A DNA stretch of 64,000 nt from Eledone cirrhosa (lineage: Eukaryota), in the NCBI GenBank assembly GCA_964016885.1, contig OZ024743.1, positions 259,966,001 to 260,030,000 on the forward strand, given 5' to 3'. Positions 10,701-28,700 of the stretch are shown piece after piece. Under the pieces are notes generated by a model. The model did not search any database. It was not told the DNA's origin and saw only the letters and a list, made by a program, of their open reading frames with translations. The position numbers and the translations under genes are program-made. Position 1 is the first letter of the stretch; each line of letters begins with the position of its first letter.

Positions 10701-13700
10701 ACCAGTAACACCAACATTACCAACACGATCATCAGCACTGACAACAACATCAGTAACACCAACATTACCAACACGATCATCAGCACTAACAACAACAACA
10801 GTAACGCCAACATTACCAACACGATCATCAGCACTAACAACAACACCAGTAACACCAACATTACCAACACGATCATCAGCACTGACAACAACATCAGTAA
10901 CACCAACATTACCAACACGATCATCAGCACTAACAACAACAGCAGTAACACCAACATTACCAACACGATCATCAGCACTAACATCAGTAACACCAACATT
11001 ACCAACACGATCATCAGCACTAACAACAACACCAGTAACACCAACATTACCAACACGATCATCAGCACTAACAACAACACCAGTAACACCAACATTACCA
11101 ACACGATCATCAGCACTAACAACAACACCAGTAACACCAACATTACCAACACGATCATCAACACTAACAACAACATACCAACACGATCATCAGCACTAAC
11201 AACAACACCAGTAAAACCAACATTACCAACACGATCATCAGCACTAACAACAACACCAGTAACACCAACATTACCAACACGATCATCAGCACTAACAACA
11301 ACACCAGTAACACCAGCATTACCAACACGATCATCAGCACTAACAACAACACCAGTAACACCAACATTACCAACACGATCATCAGCACTAACATCAGTAA
11401 CACCAACTTTACCAACACGATCATCAGCACTAACAACAACACCACTAACACCAACTTTACCAACACGATCATCAGCACTAACAACAACAACAGTAACACC
11501 AACGTTACCAACACGATCATCAGCACTAACAACAACACCAGTAACACCAACATTACCAACAGGATCATCAGCACTAACAACAACACCAGTAACACCAACA
11601 TTACCAACACGATCATCAGCACTAACAACAACACCAGTAACACCAATATTACCAACACGATCATCAGCACTAACATCAGTAACACCAACTTTACCAACAC
11701 GATCATCAGCACTAACAACAACAACAGTAACACCAACATTACCAACACGATCATCAGCACTAACAACAACAACAGTAACACCAACATTACCAACACGATC
11801 ATCAGCACTAACAACAACACCAGTAACACCAACATACCAACACGATCATCAGCACTAACAACAACACCAGTAAAACCAACATTACCAACACGATCATCAG
11901 CACTAACAACAACACCAGTAACACCAACATTACCAACACGATCATCAGCACTAACAACAACACCAGTAACACCAACATTACCAACACGATCATCAGCACT
12001 AACAACAACACCAGTAACACCAACATTACCAACACGATCATCAGCACTAACAACAACAGCAGTAACACCAACATTACCAACAGGATCATCAGCACTAACA
12101 ACAACACCAGTAACACCAACATTACCAGCACCATCATCAGCACTAACAACAACCTCAGTAACACCAACATTACCAACAGGATCATCAGCACTAACAACAT
12201 CAGCAGTAACACCAATATTACCAACACCATCATCAGCACTAACAACAACAACAGTAACACCAACATTACCAACACGATCATCAGCATTAACAACAACAAC
12301 AGTAACACCAACATTACCAACACGATCATCAGCACTAACAACACCAGCAGTAACACCAACATTACCAACACGATCATCAGCACTAACAACAACACCAGTA
12401 ACACCAACATTACCAACACGATCATCAGCACTAACAACAACAACAGTAACACCAACATTACCAACACCATCATCAGCACTAACAACAACAACAGTAACAC
12501 CAACATTACCAACACGATCATCAGCACTAACAACAACAACAGTAACACCAACATTACCAACACGATCATCAGCACTAACAACAACACCAGTAACACCAAC
12601 ATTAACAACACCATCATCAGCACTAACAACAACAACAGTAACACCAACATTACCAACACGATCATCAGCACTAACAACAACAACAGTAACACCAACATTA
12701 CCAACACGATCATCAGCACTAACAACAACAACAGTAACACCAACATTAACAACACCATCATCAGCACTAACAACAACAACAGTAACTACAACATTACCAA
12801 CACGATCATCAGCACTGACAACAACATCAGTAACACCAACATTACCAACACGATCATCAGCACTAACAACAACAACAGTAACGCCAACATTACCAACACG
12901 ATCATCAGCACTAACAACAACACCAGTAACACCAACATTACCAACACGATCATCAGCACTGACAACAACATCAGTAACACCAACATTACCAACACGATCA
13001 TCAGCACTAACAACAACAGCAGTAACACCAACATTACCAACACGATCATCAGCACTAACATCAGTAACACCAACATTACCAACACGATCATCAGCACTAA
13101 CAACAACACCAGTAACACCAACATTACCAACACGATCATCAGCACTGACAACAACACCAGTAACACCAACATTACCAACACGATCATCAGCACTAACAAC
13201 AACATCAGTAACACCAACATTACCAACACGATCATCAGCACTAACATCAGTAACACCAACATTACCAACACGATCAACAGCACTAACAACAACACCAGTA
13301 ACACCAACATTACCAACACGATCATCAGCACTAACAACAACATCAGTAACACCAACATTACCAACACGATCATCAGCACTAACATCAGTAACACCAACAT
13401 TACCAACACGATCATCAGCACTAACAACAACACCAGTAACACCAACATTACCAACACGATCATCAGCACTAACAACAACACCAGTAACACCAACATTACC
13501 AACACGATCATCAACACTAACAACAACAACAGTAACACCCACATTACCAACACGATCATCAGCACTAACATCAGTAACACCAACATTACCAACACGATCA
13601 TCAGCACTAACAACAACACCAGTAACACCAACATTACCAACACGATCATCAGCACTAACAACAACACCAGTAACACCAACATTACAAACACGATCATCAG

Positions 13701-16700
13701 CACTAACAACAACAACAGTAACACCAACATTACCAACACGATCATCAGCACTAACAACAACCCCAGTAACACCAACATTACCAACACGATCATCAGCACT
13801 AACAACAACACCAGTAACACCAACATTACCAACACGATCATCAGCACTAACAACAACACCAGTAACACCAACATTACCAACACGATCATCAGCACTAACA
13901 ACAACATCAGTAACACCAACATTACCAACACCATCATCAGCACTAACAACAACAACAGTAACACCAACATTACCAACACGATCATCAGCACTAACAACAA
14001 AAACAGTAACACCAACATTACCAACACGATCATCAGCACTAACAACAACAACAGTAACACCAACATTACCAACACGATCATCAGCACTAACAACAACACC
14101 AGTAACACCAACATTACCAACACGATCATCAGCACTGACAACAACATCAGTAACACCAACATTACCAACACGATCATCAGCACTAACAACAACACCAGTA
14201 ACACCAACATTACCAACACGATCATCAGCACTAACAACAACACCAGTAACACCAACATTACCAACACGATCATCAACACTGACAACAACATCAGTAACAC
14301 CAACATTACCAACACGATCATCAGCACTAACATCAGTAACACCAACATTACCAACACGATCATCAGCACTGACATCAGTAACACCAACATTACCAACACG
14401 ATCATCAGCACTGACAACAACATCAGTAACACCAACATTACCAACACGATCATCAGCACTAACAACAACATCAGTAACACCAACATTACCAACACAATCA
14501 TCAGCACTGACATCAGTAACACCAACATTACCAACACGATCATCAGCACTAACAACAACACCAGTAACACCAACATTACCAACACCATCATCAGCACTAA
14601 CACCAGTAACACCGACATTACCAACACGATCATCAGCACTAACACCAGTAACACCAACATTACCAACACGATCATCAGCACTAACAACAACACCAGTAAC
14701 ACCAACATTACCAACACGATCATCAGCACTAACAACAACACCAGTAACACCAACATTACCAACACGATCATCAGCACTAACAACAACACCAGTAACACCA
14801 ACATTACCAACACGATCATCAGCACTAACAACAACACCAGTAACACCAACATTACCAACACGATCATCAGCACTAACAACAACACCAGTAACACCAACAT
14901 TACCAACACGATCATCAGCACTAACAACAACACCAGTAACACCAACATTACCAACACGATCATCAGCACTAACAACAACACCAGTAACACCAACATTACC
15001 AACACGATCATCAGCACTAACAACAACACCAGTAACACCAACATTACCAACACGATCATCAGCACTAACAACAACACCAGTAACACCAACATTACCAACA
15101 CGATCATCAGCACTAACAACAACACCAGTAACACCAACATTACCAACACGATCATCAGCACTAACAACAACACCAGTAACACCAACATTACCAACACGAT
15201 CATCAACACTAACAACAACACCAGTAACACCAACATATCAACACGATCATCAGCACTAACAACAACACCAGTAACACCAACATTACCAACACGATCATCA
15301 GCACTAACAACAACACCAGTAACACCAACATTACCAACACGATCATCAGCACTAACAACAACACCAGTAACACCAACATTACCAACACGATCATCAGCAC
15401 TAACAACAACACCAGTAACACCAACATTACCAACACGATCATCAGCACTAACAACAACACCAGTAACACCAACATTACCAACACGATCATCAGCACTAAC
15501 AACAACACCAGTAACACCAACATTACCAACACGATCATCAGCACTAACAACAACACCAGTAACACCAACATTACCAACACGATCATCAGCACTAACAACA
15601 ACACCAGTAACACCAACATTACCAACACGATCATCAACACTAACAACAACACCAGTAACACCAACATATCAACACGATCATCAGCACTAACAACAACACC
15701 AGTAACACCAACATTACCAACACGATCATCAGCACTAACAACAACACCAGTAACACCAACATACCAACACGATCATCAGCACTAACAACAACACCAGTAA
15801 CACCAACATTACCAACACGATCATCAGCACTAACAACAACACCAGTAACACCAACATTACCAACACGATCATCAGCACTAACAACAACACCAGTAACACC
15901 AACATTACCAACACGATCATCAGCACTAACAACAACACCAGTAACACCAACATTACCAACACGATCATCAGCACTAACAACAACACCAGTAACACCAACA
16001 TTACCAACACGATCATCAGCACTAACAACAACACCAGTAACAACATTACCAACACGATCATCAGCACTAACAACAACAACAGTAACACCAACATTACCAA
16101 CACGATCATCAGCACTAACAACAACACCAGTAACACCAACATTACCAACACGATCATCAGCACTGACAACAACATCAGTAACACCAACATTACCAACACG
16201 ATCATCAGCACTAACAACAACACCAGTAACACCAACATTACCAACACGATCATCAGCACTAACAACAACACCAGTAACACCAACATTACCAACACGATCA
16301 TCAGCACTAACAACAACACCAGTAACACCAACATTACCAACACGATCATCAGCACTAACAACAACACCAGTAACACCAACATTACCAACACGATCATCAG
16401 CACTAACAACAACAACAGTAACACCAACATTACCAACACGATCATCAGCACTAACAACAACACCAGTAACACCAACATTACCAACACGATCATCAGCACT
16501 GACAACAACATCAGTAACACCAACATTACCAACACGATCATCAGCACTAACAACAACACCAGTAACACCAACATTACCAACACAATCATCAGCACTGACA
16601 TCAGTAACACCAACATTACCAACACGATCATCAGCACTAACAACAACACCATTAACACCAACATTACCAACACGATCATCAGCACTGACAACAACATCAG

Positions 16701-19700
16701 TAACACCAACATTACCAACACGATCATCAGCACTAACAACAACATCAGTAACACCAACATTACCAACACGATCATCAGCACTAACATCAGTAACACCAAC
16801 ATTACCAACACGATCATCAGCACTAACAACAACACCAGTAACACCAACATTACCAACACGATCATCAGCACTAACAACAACACCAGTAACACCAACATTA
16901 CCAACACGATCATCAGCACTAACAACAACAGCAGTAACACCAACATTACCAACACGATCATCAGCACTAACAACAACAACAGTAACACCAACATTACCAA
17001 CATGATCATCAGCACTAACAACAACAACAGTAACACCAACATTACCAACACGATCATCAGCACTAACAACAACAACAGTAACACCAACATTACCAACACG
17101 ATCAACAGCACTAACAACAACACCAGTAACACCAACATTACCAACACGAACATCAGCACTAACAACAACACCAGTAACGCCAACATTACCAACATGATCA
17201 TCAGCACTAACAACAACAACAGTAACACCAACATTACCAACACGATCATCAGCACTAACAACAACACCAGTAACACCAACATTACCAACACGATCATCAG
17301 CACTAACAATAACATCAGTAACACCAACATTACCAACACGATCATCAGCACTAACAACAACAACAGTAACACCAACATTACCAACACGATCATCAGCACT
17401 AACATCAGTAACACCAACATTACAAACACCATCATCAGCACTAACAACAACAACAGTAACACCAACATTACCAATACGATCATCAGCACTAACAACAACA
17501 ACAGTAACACCAACATTACCAACACGATCATCAGCACTAACAACAACAACAGTAACACCAACATTACCAACACGATCATCGGCACTAACAACAACAACAG
17601 TAACACCAACATTACCAACACGATCATCAGCACTAACATCAGTAACACCAACATTACCAACACCATCGTCAGCACTAACAACAACAACAGTAACACCAAC
17701 ATTACCAACACGATCATCAGCACTAACAACAACAGCAGCAACACCAAGATTACCAACACGATCATCAGCACTAACAACAACACAGTAACACCAACATTAC
17801 CAACAGGATCATCAGCACTAACAACAACACCAGTAACACCAACATTACCAACACGATCATCAGCACTAACAATAACACCAGTAACACCAACATTACCAAC
17901 ACGATCATCAGCACTAACAACAACACCAGTAACACCAACATTACCAACACGATCATCAGCACTAACAATAACACCAGTAACACCAACATTACCAACACGA
18001 TCATCAGCACTAACAATAACATCAGTAACACCAACATTACCAACACGATCATCAGCACTAACAACAACAACAGTAACACCAACATTACCAACACGATCAT
18101 CAGCACTAACATCAGTAACACCAACATTACCAACACGATCATCAGCACTAACAATAACACCAGGAACACCAACATTACCAACACGATCATCAGCACTAAC
18201 AACAACACCAGTAAGACCAACATTACCAACACGATCATCAGCACTAACAACAACAGCAGTAACACCAACATTACCAACACGATCATCAGCACTAACAACA
18301 ACACCAGTAACACCAACATTACCAACACGAACATCAGCACTAACAACAACAACGGTAACACCAACATTACCAACACGATCATCAGCACTAACAACAACAC
18401 CAGTAACACCAACATTACCATCACGATCATCAGCACTAACAATAACATCAGTAACACCAACATTACCAACACGATCTCAGCACTAACAACAACAACAGTA
18501 ACACCAACATTACCAATACGATCCTCAGCACTAACAACAATATCAGTAACTCCAACATTACCAACACGATCATCAGCACTAACAACAACACCAGTAACAC
18601 CAACATTTCCAACACGATCATCAGCACTAACAACATCACCAGTAACACCAACATTACCAACACGATCATCAGCACTAACAACAACACCAGTAACACCAAC
18701 ATTACCAACACGATCATCAGCACTAACAACAACACCAGTAACACCAACATTACCAACACGATCATCAACACTGACAACAACATCAGTAACACCAACATTA
18801 CCAACACGATCATCAGCACTAACAACAACATCAGTAACACCAACATTACCAACACGATCATCAGCACTAACAACAACACAGTAACACCAACATTACCAAC
18901 AGGATCATCAGCACTAACAACAATACCGGTAACACCAACATTACCAACACGATCATCAGAACTAACAACAACATCAGTAACACCAACATTACCAACACGA
19001 TCATCAGCACTAACAACAACAGCAGCAACACCAAGATTACCAACACGATCATCAGCACTAACAACAACACAGTAACACCAACATTACCAACAGGATCATC
19101 AGCACTAACAACAACACCAGTAACACCAACATTACCAACACGATCATCAGCACTAACAATAACACCAGTAACACCAACATTACCAACACGATCATCAGCA
19201 CTAACAACAACACCAGTAACACCAACATTACCAACACGATCATCAGCACTAACAATAACACCAGTAACACCAACATTAGCAACACGATCATCAGCACTAA
19301 CAACAACATCAGTAACTCCAACATTACCAACACGAACATCAGCACTAACAACAACACCAGTAACACCAACATTACCAACACGATCATCAGCACTAACAAT
19401 AACACCAGTAACACCAACATTACCAACACGATCATCAGCACTAACACCAACACCAGTAACACCAACATTACCAACACGATCATCAGCACTAACAATAACA
19501 TCAGTAACACCAACATTACCAACACGATCATCAGCACTAACAACAACAACAGTAACACCAACATTACCAACACGATCATCAGCACTAACAACAACACCAG
19601 TAACACCAACATTACCATCACGAATATCAGCACTAACAACAACACCAGTAACACCAACATTACCAACACGAACATCAGCACTAACAACAACAACAGTAAC

Positions 19701-22700
19701 ACCAACATTACCAACATGATCATCAGCACTAACAACAACAACAGTAACACCAACATTACCAACACGATCATCAGCACTAACAACAACACCAGTAACACCA
19801 ACATTACCAACACGATCATCAGCACTAACAATAACACCAGTAACACCAACATTACCAACACGATCATCAGCACTAACAACAACAACAGTAACACCAACAT
19901 TACCAACACGATCATCAGCACTAACATCAGTAACACCAACATTACAAACACCATCATCAGCACTAACAACAACAACAGTAACACCAACATTACCAATACG
20001 ATCATCAGCACTAACAACAACAACAGTAACACCAACATTACCAACACGATCATCAGCACTAACAACAACAACAGTAACACCAACATTACCAACACGATCA
20101 TCAGCACTAACAACAACAACAGTAACACCAACATTACCAACACGATCATCAGCACTAACATCAGTAACACCAACATTACCAACACCATCGTCAGCACTAA
20201 CAACAACAACAGTAACACCAACATTACCAACACGATCATCGGAACTAACAACAACATCAGTAACACCAACATTACCAACACCATCATCAGCACTAACAAC
20301 AAAACCAGTAACACCAACATTACCAACACGATCATCAGCACTAACAACAACAGCAGTAACACCAACATTACCAACACGATCATCAGCACTAACAACAACA
20401 CCAGTAACACCAACATTACCAACACGATCATCAACACTAACAACAACAACAGTAACACCAACATTACCAACACGATCATCAGCACTAACAACAACACCAG
20501 TAACACCAACATTACCAACACGATCATCAGCACTAACAACAACAACAGTAACACCAACATTACCAACACGATCATCAGCACTACCATCAGTAACACCAAC
20601 ATTACCAACACCATCATCAGCACTAACAACAACAACAGTAACACCAACATTACCAACACGATCAACAGCACTAACAACAACACCAGTAACACCAACATTA
20701 CCAACACGAACATCAGCACTAACAACAACACCAGTAACACCAACATTACCAACATGATCATCAGCACTAACAACAACAACAGTAACACCAACATTACCAA
20801 CACGATCATCAGCACTAACAACAACACCAGTAACACCAACATTACCAACACGATCATCAGCACTAACAATAACATCAGTAACACCAACATTACCAACACG
20901 ATCATCAGCACTAACAACAACAACAGTAACACCAACATTACCAACACGATCATCAGCACTGACATCAGTAACACCAACATTACCAACACGATCATCAGCA
21001 CTAACAACAACACCAGTAACACCAACATTTCCAACACGATCATCAGCACTAACAACATCACCAGTAACACCAACGTTACCAACACGATCATCAGCACTAA
21101 CAACAACACCAGTAACACCAACATTACCAACACGATCATCAGCACTAACAACAACATCAGTAACACCAACATTACCAACACGATCATCAACACTAACAAC
21201 AACACAGTAACACCAACATTACCAACAGGATCATCAGCACTAACAACAATACCGGTAACACCAACATTACCAACACGATCATCAGAACTAACAACAACAT
21301 CAGTAACACCAACATTACCAACACGATCATCAGCACTAACAACAACAGCAGCAACACCAAGATTACCAACACGATCATCAGCACTAACAACAACACAGTA
21401 ACACCAACATTACCAACAGGATCATCAGCACTAACAACAACATCAGTAACACCAACATTACCAACACGATCATCAGCACTAACAATAACACCAGTAACAC
21501 CAACATTACCAACACGATCATCAGCACTAACAACAACACCAGTAACACCAACATTACCAACACGATCATCAGCACTAACAACAACACCAGTAACACCAAC
21601 ATTAGCAACACGATCATCAGCACTAACAACAACATCAGTAACTCCAACATTACCAACACGAACATCAGCACTAACAACAACACCAGTAACACCAACATTA
21701 CCAACACGATCATCAGCACTAACAATAACACCAGTAACACCAACATTACAAACACGATCATCAGCACTAACAACAACACCAGTAACACCAACATTACCAA
21801 CACGATCATCAGCACTAACAATAACATCAGTAACACCAACATTACCAACACGATCATCAGCACTAACAACAACAACAGTAACACCAACATTACCAACACG
21901 ATCATCAGCACTAACATCAGTAACACCAACATTACCAACACGATCATCAGCACTAACAATAACACCAGGAACACCAACATTACCAACACGATCATCAGCA
22001 CTAACAACAACACCAGTAAGACCAACATTACCAACACGATCATCAGCACTAACAACAACAGCAGTAACACCAACATTACCAACACGATCATCAGCACTAA
22101 CAACAACACCAGTAACACCAACATTACCAACACGAACATCAGCACTAACAACAACAACGGTAACACCAACATTACCAACACGATCATCAGCACTAACAAC
22201 AACACCAGTAACACCAACATTACCATCACGATCATCAGCACTAACAATAACATCAGTAACACCAACATTACCAACACGATCTCAGCACTAACAACAACAA
22301 CAGTAACACCAACATTACCAATACGATCCTCAGCACTAACAACAATATCAGTAACTCCAACATTACCAACACGATCATCAGCACTAACAACAACACCAGT
22401 AACACCAACATTTCCAACACGATCATCAGCACTAACAACATCACCAGTAACACCAACATTACCAACACGATCATCAGCACTAACAACAACACCAGTAACA
22501 CCAACATTACCAACACGATCATCAGCACTAACAACAACATCAGTAACACCAACATTACCAACACGATCATCAGCACTAACAACAACACAGTAACACCAAC
22601 ATTACCAACAGGATCATCAGCACTAACAACAATACCGGTAACACCAACATTACCAACACGATCATCAGAACTAACAACAACATCAGTAACACCAACATTA

Positions 22701-25700
22701 CCAACACGATCATCAGCACTAACAACAACAGCAGCAACACCAAGATTACCAACACGATCATCAGCACTAACAACAACACAGTAACACCAACATTACCAAC
22801 AGGATCATCAGCACTAACAACAACACCAGTAACACCAACATTACCAACACGATCATCAGCACTAACAATAACACCAGTAACACCAACATTACCAACACGA
22901 TCATCAGCACTAACAACAACACCAGTAACACCAACATTACCAACACGATCATCAGCACTAACAATAACACCAGTAACACCAACATTAGCAACACGATCAT
23001 CAGCACTAACAACAACATCAGTAACTCCAACATTACCAACACGAACATCAGCACTAACAACAACACCAGTAACACCAACATTACCAACACGATCATCAGC
23101 ACTAACAATAACACCAGTAACACCAACATTACCAACACGATCATCAGCACTAACACCAACACCAGTAACACCAACATTACCAACACGATCATCAGCACTA
23201 ACAATAACATCAGTAACACCAACATTACCAACACGATCATCAGCACTAACAACAACAACAGTAACACCAACATTACCAACACGATCATCAGCACTAACAA
23301 CAACACCAGTAACACCAACATTACCATCACGAATATCAGCACTAACAACAACACCAGTAACACCAACATTACCAACACGAACATCAGCACTAACAACAAC
23401 AACAGTAACACCAACATTACCAACATGATCATCAGCACTAACAACAACAACAGTAACACCAACATTACCAACACGATCATCAGCACTAACAACAACACCA
23501 GTAACACCAACATTACCAACACGATCATCAGCACTAACAATAACACCAGTAACACCAACATTACCAACACGATCATCAGCACTAACAACAACAACAGTAA
23601 CACCAACATTACCAACACGATCATCAGCACTAACATCAGTAACACCAACATTACAAACACCATCATCAGCACTAACAACAACAACAGTAACACCAACATT
23701 ACCAATACGATCATCAGCACTAACAACAACAACAGTAACACCAACATTACCAACACGATCATCAGCACTAACAACAACAACAGTAACACCAACATTAACA
23801 ACACGATCATCAGCACTAACAACAACAACAGTAACACCAACATTACCAACACGATCATCAGCACTAACATCAGTAACACCAACATTACCAACACCATCGT
23901 CAGCACTAACAACAACAACAGTAACACCAACATTACCAACACGATCATCGGAACTAACAACAACATCAGTAACACCAACATTACCAACACCATCATCAGC
24001 ACTAACAACAAAACCAGTAACACCAACATTACCAACACGATCATCAGCACTAACAACAACAGCAGTAACACCAACATTACCAACACGATCATCAGCACTA
24101 ACAACAACACCAGTAACACCAACATTACCAACACGATCATCAACACTAACAACAACAACAGTAACACCAACATTACCAACACGATCATCAGCACTAACAA
24201 CAACACCAGTAACACCAACATTACCAACACGATCATCAGCACTAACAACAACAACAGTAACACCAACATTACCAACACGATCATCAGCACTACCATCAGT
24301 AACACCAACATTACCAACACCATCATCAGCACTAACAACAACAACAGTAACACCAACATTTCCAACACGATCATCAGCACTAACAACATCACCAGTAACA
24401 CCAACATTACCAACATGATCATCAGCACTAACAACAACACCAGTAACACCAACATTACCAACACGATCATCAGCACTAACAACAACATCAGTAACACCAA
24501 CATTACCAACACGATCATCAGCACTAACAACAACAACAGTAACACCAACATTACCAACACGATCATCAGCACTAACAACAACACCAGTAACACCAACATT
24601 ACCAACACGATCATCAGCACTAACAACAACACAGTAACACCAACATTACCAACATGATCATCAGCACTAACAACAACACAGTAACACCAACATTACCAAC
24701 AGGATCATCAGCACTAACAACAATACCGGTAACACCAACATTACCAACAGGATCATCAGCACTAACAACAACACCAGTAACACCAACATTACCAACATGA
24801 TCATCAGCACTAACAACAACACAGTAACACCAACATTACCAACATGATCATCAGCACTAACAACAACACAGTAACACCAACATTACCAACAGGATCATCA
24901 GCACTAACAACAATACCGGTAACACCAACATTACCAACAGAATCATCAGCACTAACAACAACACAGTAACACCAACATTACCAACATGATCATCAGCACT
25001 AACAACAACACAGTAACACCAACATTACCAACATGATCATCAGCACTAACAACAACACAGTAACACCAACATTACCAACACGATCATCAGCACTAACAAC
25101 AACACAGTAACACCAACATTACCAACATGATCATCAGCACTAACAACAACACAGTAACACCAACATTACCAACATGATCATCAGCACTAACAACAACACA
25201 GTAACACCAACATTACCAACAGGATCATCAGCACTAACAACAATACCGGTAACACCAACATTACCAACAGGATCATCAGCACTAACAACAACACCAGTAA
25301 CACCAACATTACCAACATGATCATCAGCACTAACAACAACACAGTAACACCAACATTACCAACAGGATCATCAGCACTAACAACAATACCGGTAACACCA
25401 ACATTACCAACACGATCATCAGAACTAACAACAACATCAGTAACACCAACATTACCAACACGATCATCAGCACTAACAACAACAGCAGCAACACCAAGAT
25501 TACCAACACGATCATCAGCACTAACAACAACACAGTAACACCAACATTACCAACAGGATCATCAGCACTAACAACAACACCAGTAACACCAACATTACCA
25601 ACACGATCATCAGCACTAACAATAACACCAGTAACACCAACATTACCAACACGATCATCAGCACTAACAACAACACCAGTAACACCAACATTACCAACAC

Positions 25701-28700
25701 GATCATCAGCACTAACAATAACACCAGTAACACCAACATTAGCAACACGATCATCAGCACTAACAACAACATCAGTAACTCCAACATTACCAACACGAAC
25801 ATCAGCACTAACAACAACACCAGTAACACCAACATTACCAACACGATCATCAGCACTAACAATAACACCAGTAACACCAACATTACCAACACAATCATCA
25901 GCACTAACACCAACACCAGTAACACCAACATTACCAACACGATCATCAGCACTAACAATAACATCAGTAACACCAACATTACCATCACGATCATCAGCAC
26001 TAACAACAACACCAGTAACACCAACATTACCATCACGAATATCAGCACTAACAACAACACCAGTAACACCAACATTACCAACACGAACATCAGCACTAAC
26101 AACAACACCAGTAACACCAACATTACCAACATGATCATCAGCACTAACAACAACAACAGTAACACCAACATTACCAACACGATCATCAGCACTAACAACA
26201 ACACCAGTAACACCAACATTACCAACACGATCATCAGCACTAACAATAACACCAGTAACACCAACATTACCAACACGATCATCAGCACTAACAACAACAA
26301 CAGTAACACCAACATTACCAACACGATCATCAGCACTAACATCAGTAACACCAACATTACAAACACCATCATCAGCACTAACAACAACAACAGTAACACC
26401 AACATTACCAATACGATCATCAGCACTAACAACAACAACAGTAACACCAACATTACCAACACGATCATCAGCACTAACAACAACAACAGTAACACCAACA
26501 TTACCAACACGATCATCAGCACTAACAACAACAACAGTAACACCAACATTACCAACACGATCATCAGCACTAACATCAGTAACACCAACATTACCAACAC
26601 CATCGTCAGCACTAACAACAACAACAGTAACACCAACATTACCAACACGATCATCGGAACTAACAACAACATCAGTAACACCAACATTACCAACACCATC
26701 ATCAGCACTAACAACAACACCAGTAACACCAACATTACCAACACGATCATCAGCACAAACAACAACAGCAGTAACACCAACATTACCAACACGATCATCA
26801 GCACTAACAACAACACCAGTAACACCAACATTACCAACACGATCATCAACACTAACAACAACAACAGTAACACCAACATTACCAACACGATCATCAGCAC
26901 TAACAACAACACCAGTAACACCAACATTACCAACACGATCATCAGCACTAACAACAACAACAGTAACACCAACATTACCAACACGATCATCAGCACTACC
27001 ATCAGTAACACCAACATTACCAACACCATCATCAGCACTAACAACAACAACAGTAACACCAACATTATCAACACGATCATCAGCACTAACATCAGTAACA
27101 CCAACATTACCAACACGATCATCAGCACTAACAACAACACCAGTAACACCAACATTACCAACACGATCATCAGCACTAACAAAAACAACAGTAACACCAA
27201 CATTACCAACACGATCATCAGCACTAACAACAACAACAGTAACACCAACATAACCAAGACGATCATCAGCACTAACAACAACAGTAACACCAACATTACC
27301 AACACGAACATCACCACTAACAACAACACCAGTAACACCAACATTACCAACACGATCATCAGCACTAACAACAACAGCAGTAACACCAACATTACCAACA
27401 CGATCATCAGCACTAACAACAACAACAGTAACACCAACATTACCAACATGATCATCAGCACTAACAACAACAACAGTAACACCAACATTACCAACACGAT
27501 CATCAGCACTAACAACAACAACAGTAACACCAACATTACCAACACGATCAACAGCACTAACAACAACAGCAGTAACACCAACATTACCAACACGATCATC
27601 AGCACTAACAAGAACACCAGTAACACCAACATTACCAACACGATCATCAGCACTAACAACAACAACAGTAACACCAACATTACCAACACGATCATCAGCA
27701 CTAACAGCAACACCAGTAACACCAACATTACCAACACGATCATCAGCACTAACAACAACAACAGTAACACCAACATTACCAACACGATCATCAGCACTAA
27801 CAACAACAACAGTAACACCAACATTACCAACACGATCATCAGCACTAACAACAACAACAGTAACACCAACATCACCAACACGATCATCAGCACTAACAAC
27901 AACAACAGTAACACCAACATTACCAACACGATCATCAGCACTAACAACAACAACAGTAACACCAACATTACCAACACGATCATCAGCACTAACAACAACA
28001 ACAGTAACACCAACATCACCAACACGATCATCAGCACTAACAACAACAACAGTAACACCAACATTACCAACACGATCATCAGCACTGACAACAACAACAC
28101 TAACACCATCATTACCAACACGATCATCAGCACTAACAACAACACCAGTAACACCAACATTACCAACACGATCATCAGCACTAAAAACAACAACAGTAAC
28201 ACCAACATCACCAACACGATCATCAGCACTAACAACAACACCAGTAACACCAACATTACCAACACGATCATCAGCACTAACAACAACACCAGTAACACCA
28301 ACATTACCAACACGATCATCAGCACTAACAACAACAACAGTAACACCAACATTACCAACACGATCATCAGCACTAACAACAACACCAGTAACACCAACAT
28401 TACCAACACGATCATCAGCACTAACAACAACACCAGTTACACCAACATTACCAACACGATCATCAGCACTAACAATAACAACAGTAACACCAACATTACC
28501 AACACGATCATCAGAACTAACAACAACAACAACAGTAACACCAACATTACCAACACGATCATCAGAACTAACAACAACATCAGTAACACCAACATTACCA
28601 ACACCATCATCAGCACTAACAACAACACCAGTAACACCAACATTACCAACACGATCATCAGCACTAACAACAACATCAGTAACACCAACATTACCAACAC

